A DNA stretch of 64,000 nt from the human T2T-CHM13v2.0 reference genome, Homo sapiens, in the NCBI RefSeq assembly GCF_009914755.1, contig NC_060933.1, one strand, 5' to 3'. The position numbers and the translations under genes are program-made. Each line of letters begins with the position of its first letter. The first letter of the stretch is position 1. The notes beneath the pieces are model-generated. The model was not told the DNA's origin, made no database searches, and saw only the letters and a list, made by a program, of their open reading frames with translations. This document shows, in pieces, positions 15,118 through 39,187 of this stretch.

Positions 15118-16895
15118 GTACAGTACTTTGGTTAAATTTGACATTGTGTGATGACAGTAGACAATGTAGTTCGTAAATCCCATGACCAACAGGAAAGTTA
15201 GTTTAATTTCTTTTAATTCAAGATAACTTCTTAGTTCTGGAAATGCTTGATTAACCCTTATAAGACAATGGAAGTTTTACAGATGGCACTTAATACTTAA
15301 ATTATTATAATAAAATTGAATATACCAACTATAATCTTATTTTGAAATTTATATTTTATAAGGTCTAGAATTGTTTGATTGAGTGATAACAGTCCATATT
15401 TCCCAAAACAATACTGATGAAAGCACACAAGTTGAGGAAAAGAGAAAGTGCCTTTGTTTCCAAAGTTGCCATAAGCTTCTGGGAAGTTTATATACACTTG
15501 GAAGAAAGTTACACTTTTTCATCCAAGTATGAATAAAGGTTTTATGACAAAGTGGCCAGAAATACCAGAATACCAAAAATCTATTTTATACCCATTGGTA
15601 GAAAAAATCTTACCTACAATTTGGCTTTATTTCTTTAATTGTTGTTCCACTATTGATGTTTTAGTTGTCACTTAGTTTAGCTGCATATCTTTTCCATTGT
15701 GTAGATATAAGAAAATTTATTTAAACGATACGCAGCTGTAAAAACATTGAGGACATTCTTTATGGAAAAAAATCTTTCCAAATATGTTGTTGGGTGAAAA
15801 AAGCAAAATGCTTATGTTGCTAATGTTTGTTTTTAAAAGGGAGATGAGGTATCTCCATCTTGTTTAAAAGAGAGAGCATGTATTTTTCTGGAAGAATACA
15901 TAAGAAACTGGGGATGAGAACTGAGTAGCTATGGGACAGGTTTGGGGGAAAAGCTTTTTATTGTGTACTCTTTTTTAATATTGAACTATGTAAATGTATT
16001 GAATTATATGAATGTCATGCTACTTTTAAAAAAATCCCTCTGACTCACAGTTCTAAGTAAAGGTTTATTTCACCATTTCTCTTGTTAGAGTACTGTACAG
16101 AATGATACTGAAACATTAAAACTATGCAAGTGGCTGGGTATTGTCTTGCCTTGTTTGGTCCATCCCCTTCATATCTTATTCTCATAGAAAAGAACACAAT
16201 TATTATTTGCTTAAATGTAATCAGTGTTACAGAAGATTGAGTTCAAAGTTACTCATCGCCTTGGTCACAAGGTTATTCATCACTTCACATTTTATTTATT
16301 TCAGCATGGGAATCGTTTTCAAGAAAGTAACTTGATACATAAGGAATTCTGAGTGTCTGTAGGTACCAAGAAAAGGTGGAATTGTACAGGCTTGGCTTTC
16401 TACCTCCACCTGGTGGGAAACCTTGTATGGTGCATGGAAATAGAATAGAAAAAGAGCCAAAAAGAAAAAAAAACAATTCTGCCATCTTGTCCAAGTTTAA
16501 CCTGTCAGGTGCTAGGTTTTAATCTATGAATTTAGGTGGTTGGAAATCTGTAAGGTTTCTCTCAAAACTCCAGTGAAATAACTGCATTTCAGAACAAAGT
16601 TATCAGCACCTGAAACACATAACTGCTGGAAATTTGAAATTTGCTATAGATTTTAAATCGAGTGAGAAGACATGAAACTTAGATTTTTATAACCAATTAT
16701 TTTCCCTCCTATCACCACAAATATAAGTCAGATAAGGCTAGGATATTGGTTATGCTGTTGCTTATAGGGGTAAGAGTACTATCTCATCTTTTATTTTTGA
16801 TTTGAAGAAAAAATATTAATGTTAAGCATCTAACTTTTGTTATTAATTGAGGATAGAGAATGTTTAGAAGGTAAAAACATAATTTTAATGAGAGT

Positions 16896-17258
16896 TTCCC
16901 CTCCCCTCCCTTCCCCTCCCCTCCCATCCCCTTCCCTACCTCTCTCCCCACTCCTCCGACAGGGTCTCACCTTGTCACCCAGGCTGAAGTGCAGTGGCAC
17001 AATCACAGCTAATTGCAGCGGCATGATCACAGCTCACTGCAGCCTCAGCCTCCTGGGCTCCAGTGATCTCACCTCAGCCTATCAAGTAGCTGGGACTACA
17101 GGCACACGTCACAGCACGCTAATTTTTTGTACTTTATTGTAGAGACAAGGTTTCACCATGTTGTTGAGGCTGGTCTCAAACTCCTAAGCTCAAGCGATCT
17201 CCCCTCCTTGGCCTCTCAAAGTGCTGGGATTGCAGGTGTTGAGCCACCACACCCAGCC
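16896..17258 (-). mobile_element. AluJ with (CCCCT)n-converted tail and internal 24-nt duplication
   Basis: Antisense Alu; gcagtggcacaatcacagctaatt followed by gcagcggcatgatcacagctcact. Confidence 0.85.
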
Positions 17259-17439
17259 AAGATCCTAAATTTAAACATACATTTAACACACACGCACACC
17301 TGGGATACCACATAGCTCTCATAAAATTAATGAAGTCAATGATTGAAGAGGCTCTCTAAGGATATAACTTAGAGTGTATTTACCTAAATTTTTAAATGTA
17401 CTCATTAACAGTTGTGATATTAAAAATATTTCAGAACCA

Positions 17440-17769
<330 letters not shown>

Positions 17770-17945
17770 TTATTAGTTATCGAACAGGGTTCTGACATCG
17801 CCCTACTACGCCAATAATGAATCCTTCAGTTGGCCAGATTTTTCTGAGGGAGGGGAGTCAGTTGTAGCAAACACTTAGGTGACTTGGGGCAAGGTCTATT
17901 TACCAACATTTATAGAATTATTAGTATTTTAACAACTGACACCAG

Positions 17946-18085
17946 CTTTTTTATTTCTAAATTTTTTTAGAGGTGGTAGTCTCACTGTGCTGCTCAGTTG
18001 GTCTCGAGCTCCTGGGCTCAAGCATTCCTCCTGCCTCAGCCTCCTAGTAGCTGGGATTATAGGCACAAGCCACCACGCCTGGCTC
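17946..18085 (-). mobile_element. Alu monomer (FLAM-like)
   Basis: Single-arm Alu sequence ending ccacgcctggc. Confidence 0.7.
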
Positions 18086-18550
18086 AGCCTTTGTTTTAAC
18101 AAGTTTGTCCACTTTCAATTAAATGAGAAGGATATATCTATCTCTTCCTGTAGATTATTTATTATGTCTGTCACAGTTTTTAAAAAGCCTATCTGCTAAT
18201 TCCAATATCAAGATTATCTATAAGTCTATTTATATTGATGGATTTTTCTCTTGACTCTAGGTTACATTTTCCTGTTTATTCACACATCTGGCCAGTCATT
18301 TGTTTGTTGCAGCATCACTGATTATCATGTTATAGAGATTATGAACTCTTAATTTTGTCAGACGATTGTTGAGTTTTGTCTAGCAGGTAGTCAGATTACT
18401 GGAGGATAACTCTGTTGTATACAGTGATTTTCTAGGGAGATAGGGTTAGGGGAGAGGGAGAATGTAGTTTGGAATAAACGATGCTGACTCCTTCCAAGGA
18501 AAATCACTGGTAAACCAGTGACTACTCTGCTAAATTGCCTCTCTTGACAT

Positions 18551-19725
<1,175 letters not shown>

Positions 19726-20704
19726 GCTTAGATTTTGAATTACATATTTTCATAGCATATAGTAGTGCATCTAAAACATAAACTTTTTATACTCTACCCA
19801 CCAAATGATACACATAGATTTTATCACTGAAATATAAATTTGAAATTAATATATAATGCTTTAAAAAGTGAAATGTCTAAAAACTGGGAATTTTAATTGA
19901 TTACAAATGGCTGTGAAGTTCAAGAAATAGAGCTGGGTAAAGAAACATCTGTTTCTGATCTTTTTCAGTATTTTTATAGTTGGGGAAAAAACAGCAAATT
20001 CTACATTAGCTGAAATCTTTGGAGTATGAGTAATTGAAGTCAACTTTCCAAAGAATTAAAGGTTTAGTTTAAGAATTAAAATACTAAAAGACATTTTTTT
20101 CATCATTATGGATTAAAATATTTCAGAAATATGCTCTTAAGTATGAAAAGGAATTTAATAGTATTTAATAGGGTATATATAATATACACATAACATTTTT
20201 TGTTTTTCCTTATATAGTATTTGATACTTTGAAAACTCTTTCTTAAATTCATCTTACTTCCTTGGCTTTCTTGATATCACTTTCTACTGGTTTCCCTGGT
20301 TGTCTTTTTCTTTGTGCCAGTACCTTTGCAGTCTCATTTATGGGTTCCTCTTTCCTCTAACCCTTTCCCTCTTCTTGCCTCCTTTGCACAAATATTTAGT
20401 GACAGATTTAACTAACACTGCCCTTGGGGCTGTGCATACAGAGGTGAGCAAAACAGGCTATTTCCCCATTAAAGAAGTAAATGCTGAATATCTTCATAAA
20501 TATTGATAAGTGATGAGATCATGCTATGTAACTATTTTTGATTTCTTGCCTGAGAAGTCCTCTGAAGACGGAGAATATTTTATTCATCCTCGAATATCCA
20601 GCACAGAGTATAGCACCTGTCACAGAGGATAGGCTCAGTAAATGTTTGTAGAAGGAATGAACAATGTGAGACTTGCTAATACCTAAGAAATATATTGGCC
20701 TGGA

Positions 20705-20910
20705 ACTATACTCCAATACAGTAGCCACTAGTCACACATGAATTTATTTAAATTTACATTAATGAAAAGTAAATAAAATTTCAGTTATTTTATTGCACTA
20801 GCCATATTTCAAGTGTATAGTCACCACATACAGCTCATAGCTACTGTTTACAGATAGCACAGATATAGAACATTTCCATCATTATTCAAAGTTTTATTGG
20901 ACAAGTGCCA
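20705..20910. mobile_element. MER3/MER33-like hAT MITE
   Basis: tccaatacagtagccactagtcacac...tattggaca termini. Confidence 0.55.
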
Positions 20911-21276
20911 GAGCATTGTTACCTCTACACTTAATGGCTCTAGATTGTCATACTGTTATTAGTTGGGTTTATTCATTTTATGGTTTCTCTACCTCTTTTT
21001 CTTTCTTTCTGCTATCACTTCTGTTTCCATCTTCTAATTTGCTGTTTCAATATTTGTAGTTTTTAACTAGTTTTATCAGTTATCAAGTTTGTGACTGTGA
21101 GTGCCCATAGTCTTTCATTTCTTTCAGGATTTCTGATTCTAGATTGAAATATACATAGATAAAGTTGCAGATAAATGGAGATGTTTTGTAAATGGTTTCA
21201 TGATCATTTTTGCATGAGTATTCTCTAAAGCAGTTTTAATATTCATACACATTGCTTTCCCAGTATGCTCTCTTAA

Positions 21277-21486
<210 letters not shown>

Positions 21487-21700
21487 TGATGTCTAGTTAG
21501 GTATCTTCTATGGATGAACACTTCTTTGGAATTACTTATGCAAGGGGAGAGGTGGGCAGAGTATGAGAGGCGGGGTGAGAGAGGCATTTAATAGGAAAGG
21601 ACAGTTTAATTATTTAGGGTTGTTAGGTCATTATTTTTACCCTTTTAAACTTACAGGTTTTTCTGGCAAAAAGTGAGAGAGTAATTTATTATATTCTTAA

Positions 21701-21871
<171 letters not shown>

Positions 21872-22369
21872 TGACTTATTTACTTTGAAGGGTTTTTTGT
21901 TATTGTGTACTTATTTTATTCTTTGTTATCAAATTCTTCTCTATTTTCATCATTCATGTAAGATTTTAAGGGTTGTTAATTTTTTAATCAAACCAAACAT
22001 ATAAATAGTATAAGTAGACAAAATTCTCTTGGACATGTTAAAGAAAAATAATGATTCCTGTTCTCCTCCCTGCTCTCCTCATGCCTAATTTTCCACTTTT
22101 GGAGGCAACTACTTGTTATTCCTTTACTGGTTATTTTGATTTTTAATCTCCACTACTCTGAATATTTCCTTTAATTTTTAGTTCTTAGGCTGTGTTTATT
22201 GACTTCTTACTGTTGAAAGTGACCATTTACTTCCCTCTTCCCTGCTTCCACCATACTTATATTCTTCTCATGTTCCCATTATAGTTATTGTGATTTTGAT
22301 TAGGTTACTATTAATTGTTTATATTTTTATCAATATGTAAGCCCCATTAGTACCGAAACCATGTGGTAC

Positions 22370-22822
22370 TGACGCAGAAGTTTTTGCTCCTTAGTTTAGC
22401 TAAAAGCAGGTTCTTGTCACACAGCCAGGAAAGATTAGGCATGCAGACATACTGAAAGGTGAGGAGAGCAGAATTTATTAAAAGCAAGCTCTCAGCAAAT
22501 AAAGATGATGTCCTGCTAACAGGCTCCCACTTCACAGATTGATTACCAAACCCCAGCACACACGCGCGTGCACACACACACGCTGAAGAGCCCCAGGGTC
22601 CTACCCGCTGAACAAGGCGTGAACTTAACCCCATTCTCCTAGTGCGCTTGTGGGCATTATTCAGAAAGAATCACTCAGGAAACGGCAAACGGGCAGTTAT
22701 TTATCCCTCTGGATCACCAGTTTCATCTGGGACAAGGAGTCCCATCTTTCAGCCTTCAGGCACTTTTTGGGCTTGAAAGTGGGTTTTCACTGGGGACCCT
22801 TGGCCAACTCCTGTCTCTGTCA
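22370..22822 (-). mobile_element. MER61-like ERV1 solo LTR
   Basis: TG...CA termini, 4-bp near-TSD gtac/gtat, tttttgctccttagtttagctaaa signature. Confidence 0.75.
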
Positions 22823-22901
22823 GTATAATTATTTTTCCTTTACTGCAGATTTTTCCTCCTGCTAGGAATTAATGATTGCCTTGTTCTTTACATTTGCTTA
22901 A

Positions 22902-23414
<513 letters not shown>

Positions 23415-23455
23415 TAAGGATGGCTTACAGAAGGAATGAGCTTGCAAAAACTATA

Positions 23456-23473
23456 AGAGAGAGAGAGAGAGAG

Positions 23474-23512
<39 letters not shown>
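23456..23512. repeat. Compound (GA)n(GT)n microsatellite
   Basis: Directly visible. Confidence 0.97.
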
Positions 23513-23514
<2 letters not shown>

Positions 23515-23692
23515 CTATGCAGTGTATGTGTGGGTCTATAGGTATGTATCACACGTCCACATGCATGTTCATAGCCTCCATGCACATGTAAATATTTCTT
23601 CACATAAACTTTTCTGACTTTAATACTAGAAAGAACTTACACTGGTTTTCTGAAGCCCACTGTGATATCAGAGATCCCTTTCTAAATCTATC

Positions 23693-29804
<6,112 letters not shown>

Positions 29805-32800
29805 CATTTCATCTTCTTAAAGAAATTTCTCTGGGAGCCTTCTGGCCTGCTCCAAATTAGACTGCTTGCTTACTATAATCTTTAACACAGCTGTTTTTTG
29901 GCCTTCTGTCATAATTATCCTGAGATTCCCTTTACTCTTATTTGTGTCGGATCTTTTAATAGCTAATAGCTAATTAATATATGGATTTGGCTGCTGTGAC
30001 AGAGACCTAAAATTAAAATAATTTATTGAAAACTGTGAATTTTGGTTGGTTTGGTTTACTATGTCCTTTACCATAGGATGAGCTGACTGAGTTATTTCCT
30101 TGGGGGTCCTCCTACCTTTAGAGCCATACCCTTCCCTCTGTCCCTCCCTTCTGCTCCCCTCTCCCCTCTCTGTCTCCAGTGTTCCTTGGAAAAGAGTCCT
30201 GCAGTCCTTTCTAGAGGATATATACTTGGCTACCCCAGTATTCTGGGATTTGAGTTACAGAAGAGTTAAGCTAGCGGGTCCAAATTCAAGATGTGAACCT
30301 TTATTTTCTATCCCTGTTTTCAGTGTGGTCCATAGGCCTCTGGTGGAGGTGGTAGGGGTGGGGGTGTTTTGTTTTGTTTTTCTCCAAAGAAAAATATCCA
30401 GTTTTCCGTAGGAGTGGAGGTAGGGTATTTATTGGCTGCTCAGCTTTGGGGAAGTGCTCTGGGAGGACCTGGTTGCTTCTTTAAGTAGGTTTTGAACCAC
30501 TTCTACAACATTTAATTTAGCCTTTCAAAGACCCCTGAATTCCCAAGCCTTTCGTGTACCCTACAACTTAAATTTAGACGTTTCTCAGCATTCTTCCCTG
30601 TCAGTTAAGGATTCTACTCATTGATATGCTTTCCAGCTTCTAAAATTTTCTAATGCCGCCTCCTATTATTTTTGTCTTTGCTGCTTTATGTTTTTTTAAA
30701 CAAAAACTCTTTTCTCTTCTAGAAGTTACAGTTTTAGGAGTCCAAGAAGCTAAATATTTATATTCAGTCATCTCTCTTTAACTGGAAAGGAATTTAAGTT
30801 TTTAATGGCCTTTTTTAATTGTTGTCATTCTGTTTGGTATCAACTTTAATATTCCTATCTACTATCTTCCGTTATCAACTTTATTCAGATAGTAAGGTAC
30901 TAAATAATGTATTTGTGATCACCTGTGTCAGAACATAAATAAGAATAAAAATAAACTTTTGATGAATTAGAAAAAACTCTTTTTTTTTCCTATAAGGTGC
31001 ATATATATTTGTAATTATCTTTGGGACTTAAATGTTTAGACTGGAAATAAAAATATTAGAGCTGAAAAAGTGATTGACTCTTTTCCAAGTACTTTAGAGT
31101 TAGTACAAAATATATTCTCAGTGTTTATTAGTATGTAATTAAATAATTTTTTCTAATAAGTTAAGGATTTAAAAACTAATGAAAAGCAGATGGGCATTAC
31201 TAAATAAGGTATAGATAGAAAATACAAATTACAAGAAAACAGTACCTATGTATTAATGGTAATAGGGAAATAACTAAATGACATTTAACAGATGTGTTAA
31301 AATGTGATTATGTCAGTCCTCTGTGGAGACTCATTCAGTAGGACTAGATTATTAGGACAGAACCTCCTGAGGACTAAAAGAGCTGGAGAAAAAATATATT
31401 TTTTAATATGCTTGAAGCCCTTAGAGAGCAAACAAGACAGTAAAGAGTTGCCAGACTAAGGGAGGCCAGCAATCCAGTGAGCTAAGCCCAATATTTAAGC
31501 CTACAATGAACATGAACAAATTAGGCTATATGCAACAACACAGATAGATCTTACAGACATGGTAAGCAAAAAACAGCTAGACACAAAGGAATACATGCTA
31601 TGATTCCATTTTAGGTAAAAATTAAAGGGCAAATAATGTAGGCATTTCTAAATTAGAGTATATATGGGTGCATGTTTAAGTGGTAATGATTTAAAAGAAA
31701 GAAGGAGGTGATTACCATGTAAATCTGGATATTTTTTGTTGTAGGGGTGTGAGGATACAGTGATTGGGAAGGGCACTATTGGGAGACTTTTGGGTACTCA
31801 TGATTCTTGGCCTGAGTAGCAATTCCACAAGTGTTTGCTTTGTGATATTGAGATGTACATTTCATTTTCATGTATTCTTTATTATAATTCATGACAGAAA
31901 AGTTTAAAAAATTTGAATATTCTTCTTCTATATAACTTGAAGAAAAAGCCAAAATTCTTATGGTGGCCTTCAAAGCCCTAATTATCTGACCTCCTGTTAC
32001 ATCTCTTACCACATATACTACTTTCCTTTCACAACCCATCCACTTCACTCTATCCACACAGGCTTCTTTGCTGGTCTTTGAGCATGCCAGAAATGCTCCT
32101 ACATTAGGGCTTTTACACTTGTTTTATTTCTTTGAGGACTTTCCTCAAAAGGCATCCTTATAGGGAAACCTGTTTAATATTACATCCTTCACCTGTACTC
32201 CCTCTTCACCAGCATTGCTTAATTTTTTTTGTATAGTATTTTTTAACCTCCAGTATTCAATATACTTTTTTAACTTGTCTGTCTCTTGACTCAAATGTAA
32301 AGCAAGGATACAAGTAGAGATTTTGGTGTGCTAGTATAGCCTCAGCACCTAGAGCAGTGCCTGGTGAATGGTAACCACCTAGAAAATACTTATTGTAGGA
32401 CTGAATTTCAGTCTAAGCAGCAGTTCAGAGAAATAATGCTCACTGCTGTCTTTACCATTTGTGACATAAAATGTCCAGTTTTATTATTAAAATTAAAAGA
32501 TACAATTCCTACTAAAGCAAAGATTCCGTGTTTAGATAGTAGATTATATAGCTGATTGTGGAATTAAATGAAATCTGTAGGATTCTAGTTCATATAGTTG
32601 TGATTATATTGTATCTTTAATGTTTACTATTAGGATCATCCAAAAATAAAGTGCTGTATTATAGTGTGCCACTTTTTCTGCTAACTGAACTAATGATTAT
32701 GACCTTTGCCTTGGAATTTATCATCTAAAATGTCTGTGATTTGACAGATAGGAGCAAACAACTGAGCTGAATCTATTCTCTATATATGGAGATAGCATAT

Positions 32801-33516
32801 GGAAATAGCATATATGCTTACTAATAATGTCATTTATTTATTGAATGCTTGTTGAATGGTAGGCATTGTCCTAAATAGTTTACATGTGTATCTTCATTTA
32901 ATCTTTGAAACACCCTGAGAGGTAAATACGATAAGAAAACTGAAGCTTAAAAAAGATCAAATAATTATTTTGAGGAGTGAAAGCAGTCCTGAGCTGTCAG
33001 GCTTCCAGATACCATGCTATTAACCATTACACTATAAAGAAGGGAATTGTAGAGAATAGTAAGCAATTTTGCTTCTAAAGAATAAACCAAACAGAATGTA
33101 CTACTTTTCACTGACTGAGAAGTTAAATACTATGTGCTAGGTGATGAGAATAATTACAGTGAGCAAGTTAGATGCTGTTTCCGCTGTCAAAATGTTTACA
33201 TTCTAACAAGAAAGTCATCTTTATTTGAATTTGGAGATGAATTTCCATATTTTAGTGTTTTTTAAATAAATTAACTAGCACTGGACTGAGCTGAGTATTT
33301 ATCAGACCAATTCATGAGAAGTTTGAGGTTTTAAGGGAGACTATTTGGTAGTATTTTAAGGGAGACTATTGTGGTAGTCCTGGTGGGATATTTTCCTCTG
33401 CAGATGAAACCAAATAAAGCATTATGAAATTGTATGTTTATTGAAGGAGAATTATATTGACTACGGTAAATTTGGAGAAACACTTTTTAAGCCTTAACTA
33501 TTTTTCTTTATTATAG

Positions 33517-33615
<99 letters not shown>

Positions 33616-34350
33616 TGATGTAGGCTTTTGCATTTTTAAGAGTTGTTGCAAAAAATACTGGTTTTTTTTTTGTAAACATAAGATGTTCCTAACATACTTA
33701 TAAACTGCATCATGCTATCATAATTTATCAGTCAACCTTAATATGAAATGTAAAAGTATTTTATTAGATTGAAACAAACAAAAGTAAAGGGCAGATTTTG
33801 GAGGTTGAGCATGTTAATTTGTAAAAGTTAGCGTTTTCTTCAGTGGTGGAAAATTGAGTTACAAGTTAAACAGAATAAATCAGTTAAAGTTTAGGTTCTT
33901 TATTGTTTAAAAGAGGATTTGGAAGATTTTTTTAAATCTTAATTTTTAAGACATCAGCATTCATGACGCCTTCAAATTAGTGAGTGTGCTTTAGTTAACA
34001 AGCAAATTTAAAGTGCACATATAAAACCAGTTTCTTGCCTTAGTTTATTAAATAGAGATTTTAGAAAAAAATTGAATAAAATTATTTATTCAACAAGTAT
34101 CTGTATGCCTATCACATAGCAGCCATAGTTCTAAGCACTTGATACATTAGAAAACAAAGATACTGAACTTGGTTGAGCTTAAATTTTAGCTCATAAATTT
34201 TAGCTAAAATAAAACGATTATATTAGTTGTTATAATGCCTTGCAATGTATATAGTGCTTTTTAGTTTTCTAAACTCTTTCTTAAATAAAAAATCCTATGT
34301 TGCCCTCAAAATGAGACTTGGTTGTTCTATAGAACATATATCTAGTATAG

Positions 34351-34690
<340 letters not shown>

Positions 34691-35144
34691 AGATTTTTTT
34701 ATTAGTATAAATAATTCACATAAATCACTTTCATTACACTCTTAATAAACTCTTTGTAAAGTAGGGAATCCTCATCCTCAACTTTTTCTCAATACATTGA
34801 TCCTCATTGAGCAGTTAAATGTAGAAATACGAGTAAGTTTAACTTAGTACAAGAGAGAAGGAAAAGCTTTTTTTTAATGTTTGTGGATTGGATTCAGTCA
34901 TATTTTGTTTAGAATTTTAAAATGTATGTTCATGAATACATTTCACCTATAATTTTCCTCTTTACTCTTCTGAGTAAGGTTATGGCTGTCTCATAAAGCA
35001 AGTTATGAGAATCCCTCCCTTCTTTGTCTTCTCTATTCATCTTTGAATGTTTGGTAGAATTTGCCAATGAGAAGCCATCTAGACCTAGAATTTTCTTATT
35101 GTGGATTTTTTTGGACTACTGATTCAATTCAGTTTTTAAAAATA

Positions 35145-35531
35145 TACATATATATAATGTATATATTTTAGATATATATATTTAAATATTATAAATATAT
35201 ATAATATATATTTTAAATATATATATATATTTATTTTATTTTATTTTATTTTTTGAGACAGTCTCGCTCTGTCGCCCTGGCTAGAGTGCAAGAGCGTGAT
35301 CTTGGCTCACCGCAACCTCTGCCTCCTGGGTTCAAGTGATTCTCCTGTCTTAGCATCCTGAGTAGCTCGGATTGCAGGCATGCACCACCATGCCCGGCTA
35401 ATTTTTGTATTTTTAGTAGAACGGAGTTTCACTGTGTTGGTCAGTCTGGTCTCAAACTCCTGACCTCGTGATCCATCCACCTCGGCCTCCCAAAGTGCTG
35501 TGATTACAGGTGTGAGCCACTGGGCCCGGCC
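35145..35531 (-). mobile_element. AluS with tail expanded into a (TA)n-rich tract
   Basis: cagtttt(t)aaaaata on both flanks encloses the AT tract plus Alu. Confidence 0.85.
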
Positions 35532-38500
35532 CAGTTTTAAAAATAGATTTAAGAAGATTCAGATTTTGTATCTCTTCCTATGTCATTTTGGCAAGTTGCA
35601 TTTTTTCCAGGAATTGGTTTCTTTCTTATACACCTTCAAACTTACTGGCATAAAGTTTATAATACCCTTTTTATTTCACATTGTGAAACAAAAATATGCA
35701 TACAAAGTAGTACATAATCCAGATATTCATAGTTTAACGTTGTAGTAGAAACACCCATCTCTTCACAACTGGATCAGTAAATAGAACATTACTGGTCTCC
35801 AGTCACAAACTGCCTCTGCTACTTCCTAGTCACAACTCTTATTCCCTCCTTGACTCACTTAGTAACTGGTCAACATTGTGAGATTCATCCATGTCATTTA
35901 CCAGTAGTTGTAATCATTTTTTAAATTGGTTTATAAATAACGTTCCATTGTCTGAATATAGCATAATTTATCCACTTTGCTGTTGACATACTTTTGCCTT
36001 ATTTCTTGGTTTCTAAAAAAGGAGACATTCTCTTGTATAATTGGAATATCTTTATCACATGAGATAATTAATGATAAATCCCTAATAGGATCTAATACCC
36101 AATTTATATGCAAATTAACCCAGTTGCCACCAGCTAAATTTCTTCTATAGCTCCTTTGTTCCAAACAGAATCGATCAAGATTCATTAATAATATTTGGTT
36201 ATTATTTCTCTTTAGTTACCTTTTAACTACAATAGTCCTTATGCCACTTATTTTCATGACATTGACTTTTTTTGAGTCTGAGTCGATTCTTTATAGAATA
36301 TCCTGCATCCTAGATTTGCCTTATTGTTTCCTCATGATGGCATTTACCTTGTTTATCTGACACCTGTCGTGACTAACCTGGAAGCTAGTTCTTGTTGAGC
36401 AATACAGTCAAGTGACTAGAAAGCCCACACATCAGGCATGGAAAAGTATTTAGAGAAAATACACAGAGACAGAAGCAGTGGCAAGTGTGCAGTTCCATTT
36501 ACTGCATTTGGGGCCAGCACAAGGGTGGGTGTTAGAATCCAGAAGAAGTACTCCTCCCTAGGCTATGGGCTTATAAGCTACATGATTGGGAAGTACTAGC
36601 CCTTCCCAGGATAATGTAGGTAGACTCTTGGCCTATAGCTTTTCAGTCACCTCAGTTTTCATCAGCTACGAGACTACAAGTTCTCTTCTAGCATGCCCAT
36701 GGGTTAGGGTTAAAGTTTTGTGATTCTAGCTGTTGACATAACAAACCAGTGTCTGCTAGTCCAGATCTGCCAACACTTATCAGGACTAATTACCTTGAAC
36801 ACTAGGTGATAGCTGGTGTCCTTAGAGTTGTGTAAGAAGCCAGCTTCCTTTTAGGATGCCAGTTTGCAGCAGATCAGTATTTTAACAACCTTCCTGTTAA
36901 CCTAAATATTTAAAGGTATTACTAGATTCTGGTTACACATTTTGTCATGGGTGATGATATATATTTCCTATGGTATCATTTAGTAATAATGTCAAGTTGT
37001 TTCAGTATTAATGACACTAAATTTGATCACTTATGGTGACAATAGTCATATCTCTCTTATAGAGATTTGCTTTGGAGTTAGTAAGTCCTGTCTTTTTAAT
37101 GAAAATATATTTTTCTGTTACATTGGGCTGGTGAGAAATGGAAGGAAAAGTAGTTTAAAGAATACAAGCACTATAGAATACCTAAAAGATTGTCAGACTT
37201 TTATAAGTAGTAACTTAGCACCTACTTCTTATATTTAAAACATGGACTCCTCACTAACATTTTAGAGCTCAGCAACCCAGGGTTAGCAGTTGACAGTTGT
37301 CAGATGCAAAGCAAAAACAAACACCTGCTACCCACTTAGTGCTGTCTCTCAGCAAGAGTTGATCTATTTGGGCAGGTAGTCTGGAAAGAAATCTTTTTCA
37401 GATATTTGGCTTCTGGGTATGATTGAATGACAGATGACATTTTCCCTCCCACCTGATACAGCCAAGAAAACGGACAAAAATATGAAAGAGCTGTTTTGAA
37501 TTCAGAACACAAACATAAGGTAACAAGGGACAGTGATTTCTGAAAGATGAGAAACAAAATTATCTCTCTGTAACTGCCCTTAGTTTTTATTATTTTGAGT
37601 GTTTGTAGGCTGCAGCACAGGATTGGGGAGATACATCCTGAGCTGAGATAAGCACATGGAAATCAGAGAATCTGGGAAAACCAAGGCAGCTAGAGTTCAT
37701 AATATAGACACCAAAGAGGTGGCACAAAGAGAGAACTTCAGAGAGCTGTAGAGGGTCTCTCTTGAATATTAAACTGAGACATGGAAGATATTAGAAAAAG
37801 ACTGAAATTAAACTTCTAGAGGTGAAAACTATGATGTCTGAGATGAAAAACATACTGTATGGAACTAACAACAGATTAGACATTGCAGAAGAGAAGATTA
37901 ATGAACTTGAAAAACAGAAATTATCCAAAATGGAACACAGAAAAAAAAGAAAACAAAAACAGAGTATCAGTAAGCTGTGGGACAACTTTAAGGAGGCTAC
38001 TATTGCAGGTCTTTTAGTTAGTCCCAGTTCTAATCCTTGAGAAGAGGTAGGACCTGGATGGGAATGGATCAAAGCTGCTGTGAAGAAACCATCTGATTTC
38101 TCCTACCACCAAAAAAAAAAAAACAATCTGGTAGTCATAAACCAGTGTCATCCTATTATGTGCAAAAGCATTCTTATATTAAAAAGTGTCTTTAAGAACA
38201 TTTGTTTCTCTTTCTCACTATAAATGTTGCATAAGTAATGTAAAACAGGAGCCTCATTTTCAAATGCTGAATGTGCATTAAATTTTTGAACTGAGAATAT
38301 ACCATGAGCAGAAATGAGACTTTTCTGTTATCCTTGTAGTTCAATTTTGAAATGTGGCTTAGACGTATTATAGAGATTTTACTTCTGGCTTCAGGCCCTT
38401 CAGAAATTTGACCCTTGTAAAGATGTTTTAAATTAAGTAATTATATATACCATATACACAAAAAAGCATATAGATTTTAAAAATAAAATGTTTATAAATT

Positions 38501-38760
38501 ACCATCCAACATAAGAAATAATACATCACCAGTGCTGATGAAGCCTCCTGTTTACCCCTCTTCTTTGATACTCCCTTCTCCACCAGAGTATCACTAATCT
38601 GAAATTTGTATACATTAACTCTTTGTTGTATTTTTACCACAAATATATTTACTATTAATACTGTATATCTACTATATATATATCAAATATGTATGTTTAT
38701 ATTTGCTATGCTTTTACACACACACATGTGTGTGTATATTTTATATCTTAAACGTATATA

Positions 38761-39187
38761 CTGTTGACCGTTGAACAGCCCAGGGGTTAGAGGTACCAAC
38801 CCCCCAACACAGTTGAAAAATTTACATGTAACTTTTGACTCGCCCAAGACTTTTAACTACTAATAGCATACTGTTGACTGGAAACCTTACTGACAATATA
38901 GTCAATTAACACATACTTTTTATTTTATATATATTAATATTATATATTGTATTCTTACAATAAAGTAAGAGAAAAGATTATTAAGAAAATTATAAGGAAG
39001 AAATAATGTACTTACTATTGATTAAGTGGAAGTGGATCATCTTAAAGGTCTTCATTGTCACCGTGTTCATGTTGAGTAGGCTTGAGGAAGAGGCAAAGGA
39101 GGTATGTCAGGTGTGGCAGAGGCAGAAGAAAATACATGTATAAGTGGGCCCATGCAGTTCAGATCCATGTTGTTCAAGGGTTAACTG
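38761..39187. mobile_element. Tigger2a/MER28-like Tc1-mariner MITE
   Basis: TIRs ctgttgaccgttgaacagc / gttgttcaagggttaactg with TA on both flanks. Confidence 0.85.

Noticed and set aside
33491-33516. U12-type branch point ccttaac before exon 7
   Set aside because: The upstream donor is gtatga, not gtatcctt, and a normal pyrimidine tract is present; U2 intron.
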